From IMG/VR virus record IMGVR_UViG_3300010346_001536: a stretch of DNA of 64,000 bases; one strand, written 5' to 3'. A program made the position numbers and the translations under genes. Of the stretch, positions 40,214-48,678 are shown in pieces. Numbering within the stretch: position 1 is the stretch's first letter; every line of letters begins with the position of its first letter. The notes under the pieces are model-generated. The model saw nothing but the letters and a program-made list of their open reading frames with translations, was not told the origin of the DNA and did not search any database. The DNA is from a virus. Lineage: Duplodnaviria; Caudoviricetes.

Positions 40214-41325
40214 GTGATAAAATTCAAAAAGTATATGAATTGGTTCGAGATTATGTAAATAAATCTGAATATTGCGGGAGGGTATTTATTTTTGGAGGAT
40301 ATATTAGAGACCGCATTATTGGCATTATACCTAATGATATAGATGCTATCTTAGTTGGAGATACTGAAGATGCTATGAAATTAGCAATGAAATTGGTATC
40401 GGAAACTAAAGATATGGAAACTAGAAATCTTCCCGTCAAAATTAATAATGCCATTCGTTTTTATATTAATGATGTAAGAATTGATATTACTTCTCTTCCG
40501 CCGATAGAAGGGGGAACACCCCGGGATGTTATGTGCCACGCGGCAATTTATCACCGCGATTTTGCTATCAACGGGATGTGTTTGAATTTAGAAAATGAAG
40601 AAGTTTTTGATGGGTCTGGGAGCTCTATAAAAGCCATTTTTCAAAGAAGTTTAGTAACTGCTAGAGATGATTATGATTCAATTTTTTATAATCATCCTGC
40701 TCGATTATATCGTATGTTTAGATTACAATCTAAACTTAATTTGACTATTCCGGAATCTCAAATTGAATATGCAAGATATAAGTGGTGGTTAAGTAATTTT
40801 GTCGAACGAGATAGAATTAAAATAGAATTTGACCAAATTAAACAGGGGCCAAATGCAAAAAAATTTTTAGAATTATTAAAATATGCTAAATTAGACCCAA
40901 CCGATTTATCAAGGGGCGATGTATTTATTCAAGATGGGTGGCATGAGTGTGAGCCGGGACAAGAACCAAAACGATATCGAGAAGGACTTCATACTCGATG
41001 GACCAGTCCAAAAGCAAATCTTTTAATATCCCCATCAGTAGATGCAATCGAATTAATATATTTTAAATCGGAACATGCTAAATCTGATATATTGTATTAT
41101 ACAATAAATGATAAAGAGGACAAAATTCCGCTTGGACCTACATCTGTTATCATTCCCACCGCTGGAGGGGGTCGTTTAACTATACGTACAAATACTTTTA
41201 GACCTTCAGACGTATTTGAATCTGACGATACTCGAGAATTAGGACTTTATGTATCTAAAATTAATATATTTAAATTGGGAATTAAAACTGAAATTTTAAT
41301 AGATTACATTCCATATCATTTATGA
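40210..41325 (+). CDS. class II tRNA nucleotidyltransferase/poly(A) polymerase-like domain fused to a glyco-associated module
   Basis: GGYIRD...NDID, HRDFAINGM, NHPARLYR, DRIKIE; C-terminal GWH.CE/RWT/TFRP...DTRELG module. Start reassigned to 40210 (ATGA overlap). Confidence 0.8.
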   Translation: MSDKIQKVYELVRDYVNKSEYCGRVFIFGGYIRDRIIGIIPNDIDAILVGDTEDAMKLAMKLVSETKDMETRNLPVKINNAIRFYINDVRIDITSLPPIEGGTPRDVMCHAAIYHRDFAINGMCLNLENEEVFDGSGSSIKAIFQRSLVTARDDYDSIFYNHPARLYRMFRLQSKLNLTIPESQIEYARYKWWLSNFVERDRIKIEFDQIKQGPNAKKFLELLKYAKLDPTDLSRGDVFIQDGWHECEPGQEPKRYREGLHTRWTSPKANLLISPSVDAIELIYFKSEHAKSDILYYTINDKEDKIPLGPTSVIIPTAGGGRLTIRTNTFRPSDVFESDDTRELGLYVSKINIFKLGIKTEILIDYIPYHL

Positions 41326-42575
41326 ATATAGACCATCAAGATGTTGTACTAATACGAACTGCTGATAGCCATTGGTGGAAACTCGAAGGAAATATTAAAG
41401 ATGGATTTTTTCGATGGACCGCTGAACGAGCAGATTTTCGAATTATTAATCAAAATATAAAATCAGTAGAAATTCAACTTCAATGGCATCCAACTTATTG
41501 TGGAACTATTATTATAAAACAAGATGGAAAAGAATTAATATCTTATAACCCGAATAATTTGCCAGAGCATAATATTAAAATAGATATTAAAAATCAAAAA
41601 GATTTTGAAATATATTGTAATACATTTGTACCGAATAAAGTAAATAATTCGTCCGATTTTCGGAACTTAGGAATAATGGTGAGAGGATTTGTTTTACATG
41701 TAGAGAACGAGTCGTATCAATTAAAAATGAATGACATTTCTGAATGGTTCCCTATAATAGAAATTGTCAAAGAAAAAATTTCCAATGAAGTATTAACTAT
41801 TGCACCATTTAATTATACTTCTACACCCTTTAATATTTCTACACCATTAAAACGAGGCGCAATACTTTATTTAGATAAAACTTATCCGCGAATTATAAAA
41901 CAACTTAAAGAAGATTATAAATTTAGTAAATCTTGTGAATTAATTACTTATACGGATAATTCTTCTGTAGAAGCCGATATTCATGTACCTGTATTTGAAG
42001 GACAATGGATGAAAAAATATGATTATGCTAATGTGGCAGCACAAATGGCAATACAAATTGCTCAATTCAAAGAGTGGGATTATTTTATGTGGTTGGAATG
42101 GGATTGTTACGTAGGAAAGGATTGTTGGTTTGATGTTTTATGGGAAGAATTACTAGCATGGCCATATAAGCCTATACAGGCGGGAACTCCTGTAATATCA
42201 ACTTGGCCAATAGATGGTAATTTTGAATTTATAAAACAAGATTATATTGCTTCTTATCTTAAAGCAAATAAAGCAAGTTTGCGTTCAATTTATGTTGAGT
42301 TAATGGCTATAGCAATTAACGGAGCATTTGGATTTTATGAAGTAAATATGGCAGATAAATATTTAGTAAAACAAAAAATTCCTCGTGCTTGTCCGTTTGA
42401 TTTTATGTTTGGCCTTCGTATGTTAGAGGAATACCAAGAAGATATTTTTAAACATACGGCATGGCTTCCTTCATTGTATTCGGTATATGGAAATCAATAT
42501 TATACGGAAGCCCAGCGTTTAGAAATGGTTAAGTCTGGATTCAAAGTAGCTATGCATCAGTATAAGGTAATATAA
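41322..42575 (+). CDS. shared module plus putative GT-A-like domain
   Basis: N-terminal WW.LE/RWT/TFVP...DFRNLG module; C-terminal YFMWLEWDCYV, INGAFGFY and terminal MHQYK. Confidence 0.55.
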   Translation: MNIDHQDVVLIRTADSHWWKLEGNIKDGFFRWTAERADFRIINQNIKSVEIQLQWHPTYCGTIIIKQDGKELISYNPNNLPEHNIKIDIKNQKDFEIYCNTFVPNKVNNSSDFRNLGIMVRGFVLHVENESYQLKMNDISEWFPIIEIVKEKISNEVLTIAPFNYTSTPFNISTPLKRGAILYLDKTYPRIIKQLKEDYKFSKSCELITYTDNSSVEADIHVPVFEGQWMKKYDYANVAAQMAIQIAQFKEWDYFMWLEWDCYVGKDCWFDVLWEELLAWPYKPIQAGTPVISTWPIDGNFEFIKQDYIASYLKANKASLRSIYVELMAIAINGAFGFYEVNMADKYLVKQKIPRACPFDFMFGLRMLEEYQEDIFKHTAWLPSLYSVYGNQYYTEAQRLEMVKSGFKVAMHQYKVI

Positions 42576-42649
42576 AATATATTTTAAAATTTGTATAATT
42601 TAGATTAACTATAGTATCATTTTAAGGGGGTTATCTCATATTTATATTT

Positions 42650-43252
42650 ATGAGAAAACATTCAATTAAAGAAAATTCATTCGATGCTGCTCCCGGTGGT
42701 GCCGCCGGGGCTATTACTTATCAAACTCCATATGGAACTCCCTTTGGCCCTAATCAGACTCAAAACCCAGACCATTTTGAGAGTGATAATATACATAAGG
42801 AGACGGAAATGTCTAAACTGGGGATTACAGATGAAGATTTAGAAGAACTTTATTCTATTTCGGGCAAAACTCCTCCTACTCCGGATGAAATTATTTCGGG
42901 CCTTCAATATGAATTAAGTCAGCAAACTAAAAAGAATCCGGAAGAAGCCAAACAACAAGTTATTGCTAATCTTCGAAAAAATACTAAATTTTATAGTGAA
43001 TTAAATCATCTTAACGTTAACGATAAAGCAATGGTAGATAATATGGATATAAAAGAACAATCTTATGAATTTAGACATCCTAATGACCCCGCTAAAAGAT
43101 TTTCAGTTAATTTAAATATAGAAGAAACGAAAAAAATTTTTAATGATATGGCCAAAGAAAAGGATAATAAATATGCCACAAATCCTCAAATTAGTGATGT
43201 GATGAAAGAAATGTGGACAGCTAAAAAGTCTCGTAAATTGTGGAAACCTTAA
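42650..43252 (+). CDS. hypothetical protein (probable late gene)
   Basis: 200 aa ORF; ATATTTATA motif upstream. Confidence 0.6.
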   Translation: MRKHSIKENSFDAAPGGAAGAITYQTPYGTPFGPNQTQNPDHFESDNIHKETEMSKLGITDEDLEELYSISGKTPPTPDEIISGLQYELSQQTKKNPEEAKQQVIANLRKNTKFYSELNHLNVNDKAMVDNMDIKEQSYEFRHPNDPAKRFSVNLNIEETKKIFNDMAKEKDNKYATNPQISDVMKEMWTAKKSRKLWKP

Positions 43253-43262
43253 AATATAATTA

Positions 43263-43874
43263 ATGCCAGCAGCAGCGTCAATACCTCCCACTTTGACAAC
43301 TGTGCCTTCGAATTTTAATGCACAGTCTTCCGGCAATGTTTCTTTTGACCATGAATATTTTTATGTAAAATATAATGGATGGAGACGATTTCCTCTCGTA
43401 CGTACTCAAAATTTATCTTTTGGATTTCCCGACCCTTCCCATGAAGGAAACATTTATACGGATAATCAATATTTTTATTTAGTTGTTAATCACCAATGGA
43501 AAAAATTTCCAATTTTTATTATAAAACCCCGCCGCCCTATTATGGGAAAAGTTCCTATGATAAATATTCAAGAAACAAAATTAACTACTTTTCCTAGTGG
43601 AACTGATAATTATGGTAGATGGGGTATGATTTCTTTTAATAATGAGTATTTTTGTATATGGGGACAAGGAAAATGGCACAAAATTCCTATAACTCGGATG
43701 CCTAAATTTCGTTCTAAAGAAGTGAAAATGAAAATTAATATGGATTCTTCACCTGAAGATACTCCAGTTGTTAATATGGAGAATCCGCCCCAAGGAAATA
43801 TTATATTGAATATTGGACTTATTTCTGAAAATCCACCCCAAGGAAATATTACATTGAATGTTGGACTTATATAA
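43263..43874 (+). CDS. repeat protein, tail fibre/decoration-like
   Basis: Three copies of an xxYFxx...W(R/K/H)(R/K)xP motif plus a C-terminal 16-aa duplication. Confidence 0.55.
   Translation: MPAAASIPPTLTTVPSNFNAQSSGNVSFDHEYFYVKYNGWRRFPLVRTQNLSFGFPDPSHEGNIYTDNQYFYLVVNHQWKKFPIFIIKPRRPIMGKVPMINIQETKLTTFPSGTDNYGRWGMISFNNEYFCIWGQGKWHKIPITRMPKFRSKEVKMKINMDSSPEDTPVVNMENPPQGNIILNIGLISENPPQGNITLNVGLI
43779..43874 (+). repeat. 48-bp tandem repeat, two copies
   Basis: Encodes ENPPQGNIILNIGLIS / ENPPQGNITLNVGLI*. Confidence 0.9.
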
Positions 43875-43877
43875 TAT

Positions 43878-44300
43878 ATGAATCCTTTATATGAAAAAGC
43901 AAAAGATTTAGTTCTTGTTAGAAGAACTTCAGATAATAAAGAATTTGAAGAGTATCCTTTATTTGTTCAACCCCAATCGGTTTTAATGACTGACCCGGCT
44001 AATAATGTTATTTGTATTAGTGCATGTTCTCTTCATGTTGCTTTTGCTGTATCTGCTTCTTATTCCGCTACTAGTTCATTTGCTTGGTATGCCTTAAGTT
44101 CTTCATATGCAAATAGTGCATCTTATGTAATAAGTTCTTCATATGCTTATAGTGCCTCATATGCTTATACCGCGTCTTATGCGCTTGAAGCCTCTTCTGC
44201 TCTTTTTGCTAATACTGCGTCTTATCTTAGATTATGGGATAATGAATTAAATAGATGGGTATATATAGAATCACATGGAGGCGTATTAAGTGTAATATAA
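43878..44300 (+). CDS. Ser/Ala-rich S(A/S)SYA-repeat protein, probably structural
   Basis: Six-residue periodicity: SASYSA TSSFAW ... SSSYAN SASYVI SSSYAY SASYAY TASYAL. Confidence 0.6.
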   Translation: MNPLYEKAKDLVLVRRTSDNKEFEEYPLFVQPQSVLMTDPANNVICISACSLHVAFAVSASYSATSSFAWYALSSSYANSASYVISSSYAYSASYAYTASYALEASSALFANTASYLRLWDNELNRWVYIESHGGVLSVI

Positions 44301-44328
44301 TTTATGAAATATAAAAAAAATTTTTTGG

Positions 44329-44357
44329 TTGACTTAATGCATCGGTTTCTTTATTAT
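44329..44357 (+). promoter_or_regulatory. sigma70-type promoter
   Basis: TTGACT-17 nt-TATTAT; predicted +1 falls at or near ATG 44364. Confidence 0.65.
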
Positions 44358-44363
44358 GGCATA

Positions 44364-44420
44364 ATGAAAAAAACATTAAAAACATGTATATCATCTAGCC
44401 AAGACTGGTGGTGGATGTAA
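44364..44420 (+). CDS. putative leader peptide MKKTLKTCISSSQDWWWM (TrpL-like)
   Basis: Translated by hand; three tandem TGG codons in an AT-rich intergenic region, directly after a promoter. Confidence 0.45.
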   Translation: MKKTLKTCISSSQDWWWM

Positions 44421-44453
44421 TTAATATTAAAATATATAAAGGTTAAAAAATAA

Positions 44454-44933
44454 ATGAGTACATTAAATGGAAATATATTATTACCCGGAGATGCTCTTAT
44501 TTATCGTCCGTCCAATTTAGTCGGTTATATAATTGCTCTTAAAACATGGACATGGGCCAGTCATATTGAAATTTATATTGGAGATTTACAATCTATAGCC
44601 GCCAGGCCATCAGGAGTGAATATTTATCCTATTCGATATGATAAATATACTACTCATGTGTTACGCCCTAAGAAGAAATTAAATGTTAAAAAAGCAATGG
44701 ACTGGTTTCATACAGAAGCTATGAATGATAAATATGATTATATTGGATTATTTGATTTTTTTAGTTATAAAGACGGCAAACTAAGTCCCACTTCCGAAGT
44801 ATGCTCAGTTTTAGCTTCTTTATGGTATAATCAAGCAGGGTTTTATCCATTTTCAAAGGATTATCCGATTAATAAAATTTCTCCTGCACAATTTTTGCAA
44901 TCAAACGCATTCAATATAATTTGGAAAAAGTAG
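44454..44933 (+). CDS. permuted papain-like NlpC/P60 enzyme (YiiX/YebB family)
   Basis: GDALIYR, SHIEIY (His), KYDY, VCSVL (Cys) in permuted order. Confidence 0.75.
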   Translation: MSTLNGNILLPGDALIYRPSNLVGYIIALKTWTWASHIEIYIGDLQSIAARPSGVNIYPIRYDKYTTHVLRPKKKLNVKKAMDWFHTEAMNDKYDYIGLFDFFSYKDGKLSPTSEVCSVLASLWYNQAGFYPFSKDYPINKISPAQFLQSNAFNIIWKK

Positions 44934-44967
44934 AGATGTTATAAAACAAAGGAGTTATAGATTAAAT

Positions 44968-45652
44968 ATGAAAATTAGATTAAAAAACAATGGTGAATGG
45001 ACTCTTTTTGAAGGGAAAGAGCTTCAAAAAAAAACTGTTTGACCAACAGATTAACATTTTTGAACGAGTAAGTATAGCGGACGGAGTTAAACTTAATGGT
45101 CTTGTTACCATTGGAAGCGGGTGTATTATCGAACGTGAAACTGAAATTGGTGAAAGAACTGTCATTGAGGCAGATTCTATTATTCGAGAAGGTTGTATTA
45201 TTCGAAGCAATTCACATATTTGGCATAATGTTAATATTGGAAATAATTGTCAAATTGGACAAGGTGCATCGATTTGTGCTAGCTCTATTCTTCGCAATAA
45301 CGTTATAATTGGCAATTATTGTACTGTTGGGGCAAATGCATATATATCTGAATATTCTCAGGTAAAAGATGCTATATCTGTTCCAGCTTCTGCTCATATA
45401 ATTGGAGCAGCTTATTTGCAACGCCCCCGCGATTGTATGGTTATATCCCCTTCGTTTTTAGATGGAGGACAATCCGTCTTTACGCTTACATTATATCGAG
45501 ATTTTGATAATGATATACAAATAGTTTCTGCGGTTACTCCTGGTAAAATTTGGTCATTTAAAACGAAAGGATATGAACCATTTGAAAAATATCCTTATTT
45601 ATTATCTTTTATTAAGAGTGCCATAGAACAGATGGAAATAAATTTTTTCTAA
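44968..45652 (+). CDS. left-handed beta-helix (hexapeptide repeat) protein, frameshifted at A9 (45026-45034)
   Basis: IGxxCxIG hexapeptides in ORF 44990-45652; upstream ATG 44968 joins this frame if one A is removed. Confidence 0.65.
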
Positions 45653-45693
45653 ATTTTAATATATAAAACATTGAATTTGTAAATAAGTTATAT

Positions 45694-47820
45694 ATGGATA
45701 GAGTTCCTCGTACTTTTTGTATTACCCTTCGGGAAACACCGAAGCGTCAAGAAGCAGCCCAGAAATATTTTAAAGAAATCAACTGGCCAGTTGAATTTTT
45801 TAAAGGTATTCATGGAAAATCTTTTGGATTAAAATCAACAATTCCTAATTATAATAAACTTCCTGGGCGAGAATATTTTATAACTCAAGGGGCTATAGGG
45901 TGTTTATTATCTCATTTAATGTTATGGAATGTTTTAATTTATCAACCAGAAGATGAATTTTTAATTTTAGAAGATGATATAAAATTAGCCGATGATTTTT
46001 CAGATAGATATAAAAAATTTCGAAAAGAATTGCCCGATGATTGGCAAATAGTATATCTTGGTCATCTTATTCCGGGAGGTTTAAAAGAAAAAGGGATTAT
46101 TCATATTTCAGAAAATGTTATGGTTTGTAAGCCAATGTGTACTCATGCTTATATGGTTAAAAAATCCGCCCTTAAAACTTTAATTGAAACGAATCAATTA
46201 GCATGGAGTCCTCTTGATATTCAAATTATAGAGCGTTCATTGCCAAAATTAAAACACTATGCTGTAAAAGACCCTCTTATTACTCAGCGGTCTGTACTTA
46301 ATATTAAAGATGTGACGTGGTATTCATTATGTTATGATTGGGATTTAAATCCTGAATGGGTAACAGATAAAAGTAGCAATATAAGGTTGGGGACGGGTTG
46401 GCATCCATTAGAAAAGAATGATGAAGGATATATGATTTGGACCGATGGTCGGGGGGAATTTTTATTTGATGATAAATGGCAAAAAATGAATATTGAATTT
46501 ATTGCCGAAGGAGAAATAGAGAAAAAAATTAGAATAGTTTGTCCTCAGCAACCAGACCAGATAATTGACTTGTCAAATTATGGAAAAAATAGTATAAATG
46601 TTTCTATTCAAGGAGCCAAATCAGTTATTCTTGTTTCAGATACATTTCGACCCGTTGATATTTTTAAAACAAGTGATAGTAGAAGATTGGGAATTCGATT
46701 ATTAAAAGGAATTACTCTTACTGATTCCGAAGGAAAATCTACTTTTGTAAGTTTATATTCAATGTATGGGGCTAAAAAAGTAGATGAAATGTCTAATATT
46801 AAGGGAATTAAAATGGCTAAGATTCGTTATAGCCATGAGGATGGAAAAATTAATCTCCGAGGACAGTATTCTTATAATCATCATCGTTCAGGATGGGGAT
46901 TTGTTTTGGATTTGTTAGCCGATTATCACCGAGACGATGCACCCGTTATGGATTCTTGGATTGAAAGGACTTTTGCTTGGGACAAGATTAAAAATTCTCA
47001 GTTGCGACTCATACCCTATCGAGAACCGTGGGCTGGTATTTTTCACCACCCTCCTAACATGCCAACGTGGTTTAGTGATTTAGCTACACCTTATGCTATT
47101 ATCAATAGCCAAGAATTCCAAGATAGCTTACCAATGTGTAAAGGTCTCTATACGCTTTCAAAATATCATGCCGATTTTGTAAAATGTTTTATTAAAAATA
47201 TTCCGGTAGAAGTATTATATCATCCCACAGAAATTCCTCAAGTTAAATTTAGCTTTGAAAATTTTATTGCCAATAATAACAAAAAAGTTATTAATATTGG
47301 TTATTGGCTTCGAAAACTAACTTCCATTTATCAATTAGATATTGACCAAGGCATATATCAAAAAATACGTTTACTACCCGCCAGCTCTTGGGTACCATCA
47401 AGTACAATTGAAAGAATTTTAAATATTGAAGTCGAATTTTGTAAAAAAACATTCACTGATAATATGAAACGGTCAGTTATTGATGTGCGACATATGTCAA
47501 ATGAAGATTATGATGGACTGCTTTCTAAAAATATAGTTTTTATAGATTTATATGATGCCAGTGCAAATAATTGTATTATTGAATGTATGGTGCGCGGAAC
47601 TCCCATTCTTGTTAATCCATTACCTGCGGTAGTTGAATATCTTGGCGTTAATTATCCGTTTTATTTTTCTAATTTAGAAGAAGCGGCGAATAAACTTAGA
47701 AATTTTGAACTTATTAAAGATACAAATGAATATTTAAAGCAACCAGAAATTTTTGAGAAAGTAACGTCCGAATATTTTCTTAAAATTATACGAGAAAGTA
47801 AAATTTGGAAATCTTTATGA
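45694..47820 (+). CDS. multidomain glycosyltransferase: GT25 + shared module + GT-B-like C-terminus
   Basis: GCLLSH, LILEDD, THAYMV; internal GWH.LE/WT/TFRP...DSRRLG; C-terminal SANNCIIECMVRGTPILVNPLPAVVEYLG. Confidence 0.82.
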   Translation: MDRVPRTFCITLRETPKRQEAAQKYFKEINWPVEFFKGIHGKSFGLKSTIPNYNKLPGREYFITQGAIGCLLSHLMLWNVLIYQPEDEFLILEDDIKLADDFSDRYKKFRKELPDDWQIVYLGHLIPGGLKEKGIIHISENVMVCKPMCTHAYMVKKSALKTLIETNQLAWSPLDIQIIERSLPKLKHYAVKDPLITQRSVLNIKDVTWYSLCYDWDLNPEWVTDKSSNIRLGTGWHPLEKNDEGYMIWTDGRGEFLFDDKWQKMNIEFIAEGEIEKKIRIVCPQQPDQIIDLSNYGKNSINVSIQGAKSVILVSDTFRPVDIFKTSDSRRLGIRLLKGITLTDSEGKSTFVSLYSMYGAKKVDEMSNIKGIKMAKIRYSHEDGKINLRGQYSYNHHRSGWGFVLDLLADYHRDDAPVMDSWIERTFAWDKIKNSQLRLIPYREPWAGIFHHPPNMPTWFSDLATPYAIINSQEFQDSLPMCKGLYTLSKYHADFVKCFIKNIPVEVLYHPTEIPQVKFSFENFIANNNKKVINIGYWLRKLTSIYQLDIDQGIYQKIRLLPASSWVPSSTIERILNIEVEFCKKTFTDNMKRSVIDVRHMSNEDYDGLLSKNIVFIDLYDASANNCIIECMVRGTPILVNPLPAVVEYLGVNYPFYFSNLEEAANKLRNFELIKDTNEYLKQPEIFEKVTSEYFLKIIRESKIWKSL

Positions 47821-48602
47821 TACCCAAAACAATACATTTTATATTTGGTTTAAATGAAGATTTTGGTGGCCGGCCGTTTGCCATGTACCATTATATGGCA
47901 GTTCTTTCAGCTAAAATAGTTAATGAAGGATATGATATAATAATGCATTATTATTATGAGCCTGTTAACAATGAATGGTGGGAACGCACTAAGCAAATAG
48001 CTAAAATGGTTAAGCTTGTTGAAACTCCTACAATTATTTGTGGGATGGATGTAAAACGACATGCTCACCGAGCGGATTGGGTTAGGTTAGAAATTCTTAA
48101 ATCTGAGGGCGGCATTTATCTGGATATAGATACAATATGTATAAATCCCTTTGACTCACTTCTTAATGTTAAAGAGGGATTAGTTATGGGATTAGAAATG
48201 TGGCAAGGTAAAATTAATGGGTTATGTAATGCTGTAATAATGGCGGAAAGGGGGCATCGTTTTATTATTGTTTGGCAAGCTGAATTTTATGATTTTGAAC
48301 CCAGAGATTACAATAAGTTTGCTGTACGAATACCTTGGAGAATTGCTATTCAGCATCCTGGATGGATTCATATGGAACCTCCCGAATCATTCTTTCGTTT
48401 AAATTGGAACGAGGAAGATTTAAAGTTGATGTTTGAAAAAACTATATCTTTTGAAAGGTCATATTGTAGCCATTTATTACATAATGATTCTCAATATTGG
48501 TTATCAAAATTAACTTTAGATGATATATGGTCTAAAGATACTTCATATAATCTTATTGCTCGAGAAATATTGACTAAAGCTCAAAATCAATCAATATATT
48601 AA
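47817..48602 (+). CDS. glycosyltransferase family 32
   Basis: IPKTIHFI, HRADWVRL, GGIYLDID, LCNAVIMA. Confidence 0.88.
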   Translation: MIPKTIHFIFGLNEDFGGRPFAMYHYMAVLSAKIVNEGYDIIMHYYYEPVNNEWWERTKQIAKMVKLVETPTIICGMDVKRHAHRADWVRLEILKSEGGIYLDIDTICINPFDSLLNVKEGLVMGLEMWQGKINGLCNAVIMAERGHRFIIVWQAEFYDFEPRDYNKFAVRIPWRIAIQHPGWIHMEPPESFFRLNWNEEDLKLMFEKTISFERSYCSHLLHNDSQYWLSKLTLDDIWSKDTSYNLIAREILTKAQNQSIY

Positions 48603-48678
48603 TTATATTATAAAATAAGTGTTTTATAGTGCTTAAAATATTGTCTTTTAAAGTCTTTAAGACAATATTTATATTCAT

